Below are positions 49,452-61,915 of a stretch of 64,000 nt of DNA, one piece after another. The stretch covers positions 131,502,001 to 131,566,000 of the forward strand of contig NC_042997.1 in the NCBI RefSeq assembly GCF_006345805.1, written 5' to 3'. The position numbers were made by a program, and so were the translations under genes. A model generated the notes under the pieces. That model was not told where the DNA came from. It saw only the letters and a list, made by a program, of their open reading frames with translations, and ran no database searches. Each line of letters opens with the position of its first letter. Position 1 is the stretch's first letter. The stretch is from Octopus sinensis. Its lineage: Eukaryota.

Positions 49452-51252
49452 TAATGCTAATTGTTTAAAGGATTGCCATTACTCAAATTAGTTTTGGATG
49501 ACTTTCAAGAGTGACCTTAGTGTTCAAGTATGTTAAGTATGTTAAATCTGTGCCTGTAGTTAACTTCCCTATGCACTTTCAGATCAGTTAATTTATTTAA
49601 GGTCATTCTTTTAGATTGCCTGGAATTACCAAATGCAGAACATGCATGCAGCAGCAGTATTGATTTTCTTTATAAACAAATTCATTCTTTGCTTTTACAA
49701 CTTTGTCATCATTCTTTGCTTTTACAACTTTGTCATCTTCAGTGTCAGTATTGTATAAAAGGAACTCTTAGTTATGTCTTGTTGAAGACATGGCAACTTC
49801 TCTAGTGCTGGTGCCAGGATAAACTGCACCTAAAGTACTCTGTAAAGTAGTTGGTGAATAAGAAAGTTATCCAGCCATAGAAACCATGACAAACTTAATG
49901 GTTAGGAAGACATGATCCTCTAATAGATCTGAATAAGAGCCAAAATTGAATGTGATGCCCCATCTAAGCCATACCTGCATAGTAAGTGGATATAAAACAA
50001 TAATAATGATGAATTACATTCAGTTATGTTGTGCAATAATACATGACTACCATACCTTTCTCATATCATTTTTACTAAATAATTGCTTTCTACTATGGAG
50101 ATTCTAGTCGTAACCAATACTGCATCACATTTTCATTGTTAGTCCATTCACATCTCGGATGTCATCATAATTTAGCATCCATTTTCCATACTGGTATGGA
50201 TAGGACAGGAACTGGCAAAGCTGGGATCTGCACCAGGTTCCATTGTCTTTTGTATGGTTTCTACTGGGAGATACCCTTCCTAATGCCAATCACTTTACAG
50301 AGTGTACTGGTTGCTTTTTGATTCGGTCATTGACTGGTACATTATTTTATGAACCCCAGAATAATGAAAGTTAAAGTTGACTTTGGGGAGATTTGAACTC
50401 AGAACATGAAGAGCGGTAATTAATTATCACAGGCATGTTATCTGATGCTTCAATGATTCTACTAATCTATAACCTTATTCAAAGATAATAAAATATACCA
50501 CCCATCTTATGGTGTGTGTGTGGTGTCTGCCTGTCTGTCTGTCTGTGAACATGCACACATCCTCCTACATGGGCAATATACTGTACACACATCTCAAGTC
50601 TTATATGAACATACACATCTGTATGCTTATGAAATGCAAGGATATATCCACATATTGTCATATCTTTTAGCTCTGATTATCGACTCTCCTGTCTCCACCT
50701 CCTAGACATTTGCTAGGTACATATAGATAATATTTACTGTTTTAGATTCATGTGATTATTGTAACAGAATTACTATGCTTATCTTTATTTTCCTTCAGCT
50801 TGTATTATCTTATTTTTGGATATTATTATCAGCTCAAAGGAAGTCACAGATTCTAGATGTCTGCTACAGTGTGTGTATGTCTGTGTGTGGAACTTAAATT
50901 TTGGGGTGAACACAGATAACTATGTCATCATTATCAAGTTTGTTATATATAGTATAGTGTTGATAAATAATCACTTTTTATTAATATGCAATGTATATTA
51001 TTTTTTCATTTGCTTTTATGTTGTGTATCACCTATCAAAATATGTAGAAAAATAGTAATGTGACAATTAAGACGGCTTCATTTCCAAATATGACTCTCTT
51101 CATTGAAACAAGATGTATAGAGATGAATGGCACCATTCATTGAATTGTTAGTGAAACCCATCTACCTGTAAATGTAACAAACCAAGGGAGCCTCTGCATG
51201 GTCACTCAACCTATTAAAATAGCAGCCAAATCTCCCTAAAATGAACAGACTA

Positions 51253-51460
51253 TTTAACCCTTTCGTTACTGTGTTTCTTTCAAGTACTTTAAATATAACA
51301 AAGAATATAGTAAAATAACTTCATTATCATTAAGCTAGTGTTAGGAACATAAATTGTGACTAAGGTTTGGTGGAAGATTTTAATTCAAAGCTTATGAAAA
51401 CAAAACATTTGTACTACAGAACCAGAGCTGGTTTCAGCTGGGTTGGTAACAAAAGGGTTA
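51253..51460. mobile_element. piggyBac-type MITE, uninterrupted
   Basis: TTAA-CCCTTTCGTTAC ... GTAACAAAAGGG-TTAA. Confidence 0.9.
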
Positions 51461-51667
51461 AATAAGAAAAAGATATTGAATAAAGTAGTCCTTACATTAC
51501 TCTATGTCTACCAATATTTACAAATGCCGTTTCTGCTGATGTGCCTATGAACCTTTTCCTCCTTATAGTTCTTCTATTGTGTATTTTGTCTTTTTGTGTT
51601 TCATTCTGTCGACAGTATAAGTGTTTTTAGCTACCATTGCTGTCTTTTTATTTTTTATTACTGCTTT

Positions 51668-52080
51668 CTTATTCCTTTACTGCCCACAAGGGGCTACACA
51701 CAGAGGGGGGAAACAAGGACAGACAAACGGATTAAGTCGATTATATTGACCCCAGTGCGTAACTGGTACTTATCTAATTGACCCCGAAAGGATGAAAGGC
51801 GAAGTCGACCTTGGCAGAATTTGAACTCAGAACGTAATGGCAGAGGAAATACCTATTTCTTTACTACCCAGAAGGAGCTAAACAAAGAAAGGACAAACAA
51901 GGACAGACAAACGGTTTAAGTTGATTATATCGACCCCAGTGCGTAACTGGTACTTATTTAATCAACCCCAAAAGGATGAAAGGCAAAGTCGGCCTCAGTG
52001 GAATTTGAACTCAGAACGTAGCGGCAGACGAAATACCGCTAAGCATTTCGCCCGGCGTGCTAACATTTCTACCAGCTCAC
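51668..52080 (-). mobile_element. SINE family B, dimeric
   Basis: Two tandem bodies and one head. Confidence 0.92.
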
Positions 52081-52479
52081 TTTCTGTTCCATCTCTTACT
52101 CTTTTCTTATGAGAACTGAGCCCTGCAATTGAGCCCTGCATACTATAAACTCATCATTATTGTATAACCCTAAAAGAGGGTATATACATTAAATACTTTC
52201 CCTCAGAGGTTTTATCAGTTCGTGTTAACACAAATTATAATAACAACTTGTAATGTATCTAAAACAAATTGGTGAGGCTGATTCCTTCCATCATAGGTGA
52301 TGGTAGATCTAATCTGTTACTGATATAGCACCACCATCTGGCCTTCAGGTGCCTTTAGCAGAATGTACTCTGTTGCAAACATTTAGGCCAGGCCTTCAAT
52401 CTTGGAATAACTTACATCAATCTTGGAAACCTTGAAAAGGGTCATAGATGTTGCACCCCACTAACAACAAACCTCTCTT

Positions 52480-52869
52480 TCTCTCTTTTACTTGTTTCAG
52501 TCATTTGACTGTGGCCATACTGGAGCACCACCTTTAGTCGAGCAAATTGTTCTCAGGACTTATTCTTTGTAAGCCTAGTACTTATTCTATCGCTCTCTTT
52601 TGCCAAGCCGCTAAGTTACTAGATGTAAACACACCAACATCGGTTATCAAGCGATGGTGGGGGGACAAACACAGACACACACATGTGCACACACACACAC
52701 ACACATGATGGGCTTCTTTCAGTTTCCGTCTACCAAATCCACTCACAAGGTTTTGGTCAACCCAAGGCTATAGTAGAAGACATTCACCCAAGGTGCCATG
52801 CAGTGGGACTGAACCCGGAACCATGTGGTTGGGAAGCAAGCTTCTTACCACACAGCTATGCCTGCACCT
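52480..52869 (-). mobile_element. SINE family A, full length
   Basis: Head to tail match. Confidence 0.93.
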
Positions 52870-53094
52870 ATATGCACACATATATGTGGACTGCATTTAG
52901 CAGGCTATGTTTTAAACTGTGTGTAAGGTTTTAAACCATAAACTCTAACATGTTTTTGTTTGTTACGCCCAGTACTCCAATTAGTATTGGTAGTGTTTTT
53001 ACTTTATATATCTTATCCTGCCTATTTCCAATTAATGAAACATACTTTGATAGCTTCTCAACTTCCTTCAAGGCAATGTTTTGGTCAGATCAAC

Positions 53095-53354
53095 AGAACG
53101 GCCTGCTCATGAAATAAACATGCAAGTGGCTGTGTACTCCACAGACATGCATACACCTACTGTAGTTCTCAGGGAGTCTCAGCATGACACAGAATGTGAC
53201 AAGACTGGTGCAACTCATTTTTGCCTGCTATGTAGACTGGAGTAATGTGGAATAAAGTGTCTTGCTCAGGATCATTATACATCACTGAGAATTGAACTCA
53301 TGACTTTATTATTGTGCATCAAAGATCCTAACCACTAAGCCATGTGCCTTCACA
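53095..53354 (-). mobile_element. SINE family C
   Basis: Ends CCTAACCACTAAGCCATGTGCCTTCAC; tail shared with 7390-7500. Confidence 0.8.
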
Positions 53355-53427
53355 CTAATAGAAATTGCACCCAAATAACTCTCAAAAAGATAGGAAACAA
53401 TGAATGGGGCCCAGTAGGTGGAAGATT

Positions 53428-53657
53428 CTTATTTCTTTATTGCCCACAAAGGGCTAAACGTAGAGGGGACAAACAAGGACAGACAAAGGGATTAAGTCAA
53501 TTAGATTGACCCCAGTGTGTAACTGGTACTTAATTTATCGACCCCGAAAGGATGAAAGGCAAAGTTGACCTTGGCGGAATTTGAACTCAGAACATAATGG
53601 CAGATGAAATACCACTAAGCATTTTGCCCGGCGTGCTAACATTTCTGCCAGCTCGCC
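53428..53657 (-). mobile_element. SINE family B
   Basis: 14-bp TSD GTAGG(T/C)GGAAGATT. Confidence 0.93.
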
Positions 53658-54659
53658 GTAGGCGGAAGATTATCACGTTGTCTGCAGAGGTAGTGGAGGT
53701 TGCCTTGAGGATATGTGAGCCTTGGAAGGAGTAGTGCTACAAGGGGTAATGCTAATTGGACACAAGCAGGGCTTGATCAACCCCCAGGTGGGTCACCTGG
53801 ACGAGGGTGTCAGATGTTGAAAGATCTGAACCACCTAATAACTCCAGGGAACATCACTGATGCTGCTGTGCCCAGGTGCATCACAAGATGATGTTGAGAA
53901 AAACTCTTAAATAAATTATATCAGAAAATCCTGAAAATATATATATATATGGTCATGGCTGGAATGCCTTTGACCAAAGATCTATCTTTTAACCATAAGA
54001 ATACTGTTGGTCAATCTGTAATCTAACTCTTGCTCTTCTTGACTCTCTTTCTTGCTCTCCTCCACTTTCTGCCTCTCTTTTCTCTTTTACTTTCTATATA
54101 CTTCTCTCTCTTTGTCTTCTACCATTCACCTTCACACACACACACACACACACTCATTTCTTCCCCTCCACCTCTCTCTGCTTGTTTGTCTTTTACTTTT
54201 TAAGTGTCTCCCCCTGTCTATTTGTGTTTGTCTTCTTTTAATTTCCCTCTTCCTCTCACCTCCTCTCATTTTCTGTTTGGCTCTCTCCTCTATATTTTTG
54301 TCAGCCTGATTATCTGACACTCTCTATCACTACCAACTCATTCTTCATCACACTCTGGCTATCCATCGTTCCACAGCATTCTCTCTCTCCCTCTCTTCAC
54401 TTTCTCATTCTGTTGCTTTTGACCATCCCATCTCTCTCTTACACTCACACACACACACACACACATTCAGCCACATGCCAGAGTGCTTTCGAAATGTTTA
54501 TTTAGTTATTAAACCAGTCTCTAATTGCTATAGATGAAGTATATTCAATTACTAATTGGTAATAAAAGTTTCTCTTCAGATTTCTTACACACAGGATCCT
54601 GCTTATGGCTGGAAATTAACCAGCATTTAAGGGTGGCGATAAATTAGAAAAAACAACAA

Positions 54660-54770
54660 TGATAATTCGTTTTGCAAGATTCTTGATGTGAAATTGCGTG
54701 TTGAAACAGATATTGTTGTATTTCGGAATAGTCATTGTATTTTTTTTTCTTTTTGCCAAATAAACACACG
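54660..54770 (-). mobile_element. Fragment homologous to the ORF start of the 24.5-kb Penelope-like remnant
   Basis: MTIPKYNNICFNTQFHIKNLAKRI vs MTLPRHN..CFNTRTHIKNLANQI. Confidence 0.6.
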
Positions 54771-54789
54771 CATGCTTTTATTCTCTTTT

Positions 54790-54996
54790 GCTCTTTTACG
54801 TGTTTCAGTCATTTGACTGTGGCCATGCTAGAGCACCACCTTTAGTTGAGCAAATTGACCCCAGGACTTATTCTTTGTAAGCCTAGTACTTATTCTATCG
54901 ATCTCTTTTGCCGAACTGCTAAGTTACAGGGACGTAAGCACACCAGCATCGGTTGTCAAGTGATGTTGGGGTACAAACACAGACACACAAACATAT

Positions 54997-55034
<38 letters not shown>

Positions 55035-55196
55035 GCAAGGGGCTTCTTTCAGTTTCCGTCTACCAAATCCACTCACAAGACTTTGGTCAGCCCGAGGCTA
55101 TGGTAGAAGACACTTGCCCAAGGTGCCACGCATTGGGACTGAACCTGGAACCATGTGGTGTGTAAGCAAGCTACTTACCACACAGCCACTCATGCA
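54790..55196 (-). mobile_element. SINE family A, full length
   Basis: Head to tail match. Confidence 0.93.
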
Positions 55197-56685
55197 CGAT
55201 ATATTTTTCTTCACTCATTTATTACTGTTCTTATTATATTATTTTAACTCCCGTTCATTGTCTGGAAATCTTTCGTCACACATCTGTGACCTCTTCAGCG
55301 ACACTTTTCATTTTTGTGTGATTTAAAATTTTTGCACAAGGCCAGTAATTTTAGGAGAAGGGATTTTAGGGGCTAAGTCATTGCATCAACCCACTGCTCA
55401 ACTGCTACTTTTAGTTTGAACTTTTGTAGGGCAATGCCTACAGAAAAACTATAGAGAGGAATAGGTTAATAAAAAAGCGTTTATGTTGTTGCTCAGCCTG
55501 TTAGAAATAGCAACCAAGTCTCTGATATACCTTATCTCACTTGCCTATAAAAAGTGAAGGGCTTAGTTGGTAATGCATTCAAGATATACTGCGGTCTGAA
55601 TTGAAAATGGGATGGTCATGACTGGAATACCTTTGATCATTGGTCTGCCCAGTTAAGTCTGACCAGGACTAAAATAACAAGAATATATGAGTGAAGGAAT
55701 GGCAGAGGGCTGTAGTTCTTTGGAGGAATCATTGGGCAAAGTGTATAGTGTGAAATCTGGGGTAGGGGGCGATATAGAAAAGATGAATGAATGAGAAGCA
55801 GGTACTGAGTGTGTGTTGCAGTAACACTGTCAGAGGCATGCAAAGATTACTTGAGTGGAGAACACAGCTGGATGGTGGGTTGAAAACTGAAAATGAATAT
55901 CCTATATTTTTACTACAAAAAATGCAAAATGAAAATATGTGTTGATAGAAAGCTTACCTAGCAGGTTCACTTTAACTCAAATTAACGAAAAATTATGAAT
56001 ATCCTACATTTTTACTACAAAAAATACAAAATGGAAATATAATGTGTTTTATTTCTAGTTTTAAGTTGAAGTAATATGATAAACACATTGTAGTTTTGTT
56101 GAAAGATTATTCCCGTTTATTTCTATCAAGCTTAACTAATTATTTTTCTGTGCGGAGGCGGTACTGGTACCATAACCAATGAGGTAAATCTAAGGCGTGG
56201 TTAAAGCTTGTTGAAAACTCTTCTTTGTATCGGAAGAGCTGTCACTACATGATTGTGGCCTGTAAAACACCGCTAACTGCTGTTGGCTACAGACTGGTGT
56301 GTTTAGCAGTATTAGTATCAATGAAAGAAAATACAAGATATTTATCTGTCTGCCTGTATGGAAAACAGATGTTAAAAGATGATGATGAAATGATATAAGA
56401 CTGTGTGGTTAAGATGCTTGCTTTGCAATCGTGTGGTTTTGGGATCAGTTCCACTGCAACTTTCCACAGATGGTTCCTACTCTAGCACCAGGCTGACAAA
56501 TACTTTGTGAGTGAATTTGATAGATGGAGACTGTGTGGAAGCACATCATGTGGGTGTGTTTCTTTGTGTCTCTGTTTGCTACCACCACCACCACCAATTA
56601 ACAACTGGTGCTGGTTTGTTGTGTCCCCATAACTTAACAGACCATATCGCTTTCTTAATTTAAAGGTTCTATATTTTTATTTTTT

Positions 56686-56916
56686 AAGGCGACAAGCTGG
56701 CAGAATTGTTAGCACACTGGGTGAAATGCTAAGTAGTATTTCGTCTGCTGCTACATTCTGAGTTCAAATTCCACCAAGGTCGATTTTGCCCTTTATCCTC
56801 TCAGGGTTGATTAAATAAGTACCAGTTATGCACTGGGGTCAATGTAATCGATTTAATCCCTTTGTCTATCCTACTTTGTCCCCTCTATGTTTAGCCCCCT
56901 GTGGGCAATAAAGAAA
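56686..56916 (+). mobile_element. SINE family B
   Basis: Head to tail match. Confidence 0.9.
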
Positions 56917-57002
56917 TATATATTTATATTTTTCACCAATATACCTACATACACACATACACGCACATATATGTGTGTATATATAAATATATATATATAT
57001 AT

Positions 57003-57282
57003 CTTGTTTCAGTCATTTGATTGCGGCCATGCTGGGGCAAGGGTTTTTAACCAAACTAATAAACCTCAGAACTTTTTTTTTTAAGCCCAGTACCTATTCT
57101 ATTGATCTTTTTTGCTGAACTGCTAAATCACAAGGACATAAACACACCAACACTGGTTGTCAAGTGGGGGGGAGGGACAAACGCAGACACAAAGACATGT
57201 ACACACATACACACACATATGATGGGCTTCTTCAGTTTCCATTTACCAAATCCAATCACAAAGCTTTGGTTGGCTTGAGGCC
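57003..57282 (-). mobile_element. SINE family A, head missing
   Basis: Tail and body match. Confidence 0.85.
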
Positions 57283-57343
57283 ATTAATCTGATGTGTTAC
57301 TCTATATTTTTGTAGAGTAGAAATTTATTATTTTTATAGAAGT

Positions 57344-57423
57344 ATGTTGTTGACTGTGACCTTGAAGTTTCAGCCAGGTGATGACTTAGCTGGACAAAAC
57401 TTTGAAGTTACTGTCAACAACAT
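57344..57423. ncRNA. 80-nt imperfect hairpin, pre-miRNA-like candidate
   Basis: 38-position stem (28 Watson-Crick, 4 G-U, 6 mismatches on +) closing loop TGAC. Confidence 0.35.
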
Positions 57424-57793
57424 TCTTGCATAAGATTAATAAATACACACACACTCACACAATGCTCTTCTGCATTGCTTTTGTGTATCAAATTTTCTTC
57501 TGTTCTACCTTTAATACCTAATGGATCTAAAAAGCTGATGACTAAAACACTATGTGTTGTGATATAATGTTCTTGGCCATTCTTCTAATGGTGCCAGACA
57601 CTAACCAATTTTATTATAAAATGAAAGCTGACATATTCAGAGTACTGGGATCTAACATTAGTTACAAGTTTTACACCAAAAAGAATTTTGGAGAAGAAAT
57701 AAGATTTTTCCAAAATGAAGGTAAATTTAATGCTCAATTGAATTCATCCAAAAGACATTAGGATTCTAACAACAATAATAATTTGTTTCATAC

Positions 57794-58735
57794 ATCATCA
57801 TCATCATCATTTAGCGTCCGTTTTCCATGCTAGCATGGGTTGGACGGTTCTACTGGGGTCTGTGAAGCCAGAAGGCTTCATCAGGCCCAGTCAAATCTGG
57901 CAGTGTTTCTACGGCTGGATGCCCTTCCTAACGCCAACCACTCCGTGAGTGTAGTGGGTGCTTTTTACGTGCCACCCGCACAGGTGCCAGACAGAGCTAG
58001 CAAACGGCCACGAACGGATGGTGCTTTTTATGTGCCACCAGCACGAGGGCCAGGCGAGGCTGGCAACGGACACGAACGGATGGTGCTTTTTATGTGCCAT
58101 TGGCACGAGGCCAGTCGGGGCGGTGCTGGCAATGGTCGTGAAATGGAAGGTTCTCTTACAGGCCACCGGCACTGGTAACACATCTGCAATTTCCATTGAT
58201 CGATTTCGATTCTGATCCTCACTTGCCTCAACGGGTCTTCACAAGTAGAGTTTCGACATGCCACCGGCACTGGTAACACATCTGCAATTTCCATTGATCG
58301 ATTTCGATTCTGATCCTCACTGTGCCTCAACGGGTCTTCACAAGTAGAGTTTCGACATGGCACTGGTACCACATCTGCAATTTCCATGATCGTTTCGATT
58401 CTGATCCTCACTTGCCTCACAAGTAGAGTTGCGACATGGCACTTGTCCACATCTGCAATTTCCATTGATCGATTTCGATTCTGATCCTCACTTGCCTCAA
58501 CTTGTCTTCACAAGTAGAGTTTCGACATTCGCAATCACCGGTCACTGTACACATCGGCAATTTCCATTCATCGATTTCGATTCTGATCCTCACTTGCCTC
58601 AACAGGTCTTCACAAGTAGAGCTTTGTGTCCCAAGAAGGGAAGGTATGCATACGTAGGCTGGCTCCATCCCATGTAGAAGGCCACGGGTTATGGACTCAC
58701 TTGTCCTGCCGGGTCTTCTCGCGCACAGCACACTT
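57794..58735 (-). mobile_element. Long family D element containing a 5 x ~98-bp tandem array (58162-58621)
   Basis: (CAT)n tail, modules, array unit ACATCTGCAATTTCCATTGATCGATTTCGATTCTGATCCTCAC, 5' GAAGACCCGGC part. Confidence 0.88.
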
Positions 58736-58789
58736 CCAAGCAGCTATTTTAAGTGAGGAAAGGATCAATGAAAGAAGAAATAAAGTAAA

Positions 58790-59200
58790 AACACCTTTCT
58801 GACTATGCTGGCATGAGATCTGTTCCTTTGTAGGTTCCCTTCCTCCAATAATATGCAAAGCACGCAACATGAGCATTAGGAATTGCACTTGACAAATGTT
58901 CTGGAACCAGGTTAATACCCATCTGACATCTTCTGAACCAGGCATGAGCAACTGTTTTTTTGAGGAACAGGCCACATGAAAGACATGGCTTGTCATCAAG
59001 CAGACTTCACCATTCAAGGTAATTTTTCATTAACATGCCATTCAGGAAGTCCCATGGGAAGCAGTTTGACCATGTCTGTTCTCAACTGATATCAAATCTC
59101 CTTCATCCGGTCTTCTCAAAACATGACAAGAGCAAGGCACAGTTTGCTGCTATAGTGGGAGAATCTACCATAACATTGAGTGTTCTGTTAGCTTATTGTA
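58790..59200 (-). pseudogene. Possible old Tc1/Tc3-like transposase relic
   Basis: Frameshifted KKQLL...LTW and AYYWR..KEQI weakly resemble Tc3-type KKPLL and YYW.DLRKE motifs. Confidence 0.25.
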
Positions 59201-59459
59201 CCTCAGTTATGGAGATGGAAGTTCAGTGTCATTTTATTTTGTGTTTTAAAAGGGCTAATAAAATGAGATCAAATGAGACATGGGTAGGCGTGGCTGTGTA
59301 TTAAGAAGTTTGCTTCCAATCCATGTGGTTTGGGGTTTGATCCCACTGCATGGCACCTTGGGCAAGCAAGTGCCTTGTAATATGTAGACCCTGGCTGACC
59401 AAAAACTTGTGTGTAGATTTAGTAAATGGAAATTAAAAGGAGCCTGTTGTGTGTGTGTG

Positions 59460-60492
59460 TTAGGTCATCCCATAAATAATATGGTTTTTATACTTCTTTT
59501 ATTTTTACAAAATTAAGATAAAGTTTTTTTTAAATCTAAGATAAAGTCTCCTTCATTTTCTAGAATGCTCTTTTATCTATCTGGTAGACTTGCAAAGCTT
59601 CTCTTCCAAAATTCACTTGACAAAAAATACTCCTCCAGTACTATTCTGACCTCATCTACAGAATTCATATTTTTCCCATCCAAATGATTTTGAAGACTGT
59701 GGAATAAATGATAATCAGATGGGGCAATGTCTAGTGAATATGGTGAGTGAGGCATCATTTCCCATTCAAACTGTTCCAGCCTTTGGAATGTCATCCTTGC
59801 TGTATGTGGCTGAGCATTATCCTGATTGAAGAACACGTTTCGTCTTGGGTGCTGGTGTTTCTCCTTTCTGTGCCTGCTGTCTTTGGCAATTGACATTTTT
59901 ATAGAGAACCCATTTCTTGTTACCAGTCACTATTCAGTTCAAAAAAGGTTCATTTGTGAGACGTGACAATAAAGAAGACACACACACTAACTCTCTGTGA
60001 GCAATTAGACTTGGAAAGTTTGTGAGGAACCCATTGACCCATTTTGCTGATTTTTCTGATGGCATACATGTGTTGATGAATGGTTGAATGACCAAATCCA
60101 AGTTTCTCTGCTAGTTCCTCAACAGGGTTTGCAGGACGTCCTCATTGAACTCTACAGGTCTTCTAGGATGAAGCTCATCTTCAAGGCTGTAGTTTCTGAA
60201 ACCACCATTGACATTGGCTTGCGCTTATTGTCCCTATATACTGCATTAATATTCCTCGCACTTTCCATTACATTGTTGCCTTTGTTGAACTCATAAAGCA
60301 AAATATAACGAATATTCTCTTTTGTCAATTCCATTATAGCTTTGGAAAAGTAACTGTTAAAATAAACTGCATTCTTCAATACGTACACTAAGAATAAGTA
60401 CAAGGTAAAATTACTACCTGCTTTTATAGCAAGTTGATGCAGGTAGTTTAAACCATTCCCTTCCATAAAAACCGCATTATTTATGGGATGAC

Positions 60493-60496
<4 letters not shown>
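59460..60496 (-). mobile_element. Mariner (DD34D) transposon, decayed, same family as 18816-19725
   Basis: Same TIR; MELTKENIRYILLYEFNKG..ESARNINAVY, IVTGNKKWVLY, QDNAQPHTA, HSPYSLDIAPSDYHLF; sits in the microsatellite of a family A SINE (head 59283-59459). Confidence 0.95.
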
Positions 60497-60524
<28 letters not shown>

Positions 60525-61489
60525 ACAACTTGTTTTAAATCTCTGAGTGATATATATATATATATAATATCATCATTTAATGCCTGTGTTCCATGGTGAC
60601 TTGGGTTGGACAGTTTGTCAAGGATCTGAGGATTGCAGGTTAATGTTGTACTCCAGAGTCGAATTTGGCATGATTTTTGTGACTGGTTTTTGTGTGTGTG
60701 TGTGTGTTACTGTTTCCTTGCCTTAACATCCCTTGATAGTTGTAAGCAAGTGTCACTATCATACAAGAGATGTTAATTACTTCTAGTTTTCTATTAAAAA
60801 AAAAAAAGCATGTCTGTCAATAGAGAAATATTACCTTATTTAGAAAACAGGTGAGGGTTGGTGACCGGAGGGGTTTCTGGTCATAGAAAATCTGCCTCAA
60901 CAAATTCTGTCTGGCCCATGCAAGGTGGATCTTAAAACAATAATTGATGACAAATATAAAAACTAAAGTCATAATAGTGATACAGTAAACAACAGTAACA
61001 AAAATGATAAAATGAAGGAAGTTGTTGAATGTAAATTGTTGCTGGTTGATTGTCATATGAAGGAGATATCATCTAAAAAATGACTGAAATAGGACCAGAC
61101 AGTTGTTTGCTCTTTCTTTGCTCTTCTCAAGTAGGCCTTGTGTTTATTGGAAGTGGGTGGATGGGTGAGTGCAACACTTAGTTCTTATATGCCAAATATG
61201 ATGTATTTCAAGCTTTTCTGGGGGTCATGCAGTACACCCTACTGCTGTTCAGTGTTTGACTAAGTGGGATATAGAATGTTATCAAGGTATATAGCTTTTT
61301 GTTTTCATATCCACTAAGGTGGAACTTCAGTATGTGAATATTTTGATTTATCTGGATGGACTGTAATTAGTTAGCAGTTCAACCCAGTACAGTATTTTGA
61401 TTAAATAAGGCTATTAAGAGTGCCAGAGACTATTTAACCCTCGGCTCACCTATCCCAGTTGATTCCTTTTTTTTAAAACACATTCTATA

Positions 61490-61915
61490 CTGTAAATCCT
61501 CGACTATAATCCACAATTTTTCCCCAAAATTTAAAGGTCAAAATCCCTAGTGCGTATTATACACGAGGTTAAAAATGAAAAATATTTTCTAAGCAATGTC
61601 CGAGTCTCTATTTGCTGTCTGGCAATGTTTATTCAGACGTATTTTGTGATGTCAGGCACGAAAATACCTTAAGCTAAGCCTGAAAGCAATGAAATCATAA
61701 AAGAATCATCCATAACTTGCAGTAAGCAACATTTATTAAACGTTATTACTGTTATTTCTTTATTTTCTGCAAAGAAAATGCACAAAAAAGCTACACATTA
61801 CCATATACATTTTACAAACCAAGGACGTTATATAGACCTCCTTGACTCAAGTTAGAGAAGGGGTGCGTATTATACACAAGGTTTAGGTTTTTCAGATATA
61901 CTCGAGGATTTATGG
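61490..61915. mobile_element. pogo/Tc2-type non-autonomous DNA transposon
   Basis: TA|CTGTAAATCCTCGACTATA ... TATACTCGAGGATTTATGG; subterminal GTGCGTATTATACAC twice. Confidence 0.82.

Noticed and set aside
58162-58621. CRISPR-like array (also considered for the family D modules and 1068-1543)
   Set aside because: Whole units repeat with no unique spacers, no cas genes, eukaryotic context
59573-60496. Active mariner transposase
   Set aside because: Frameshifts, stops, internal deletion and first catalytic Asp mutated (TGNKKW)
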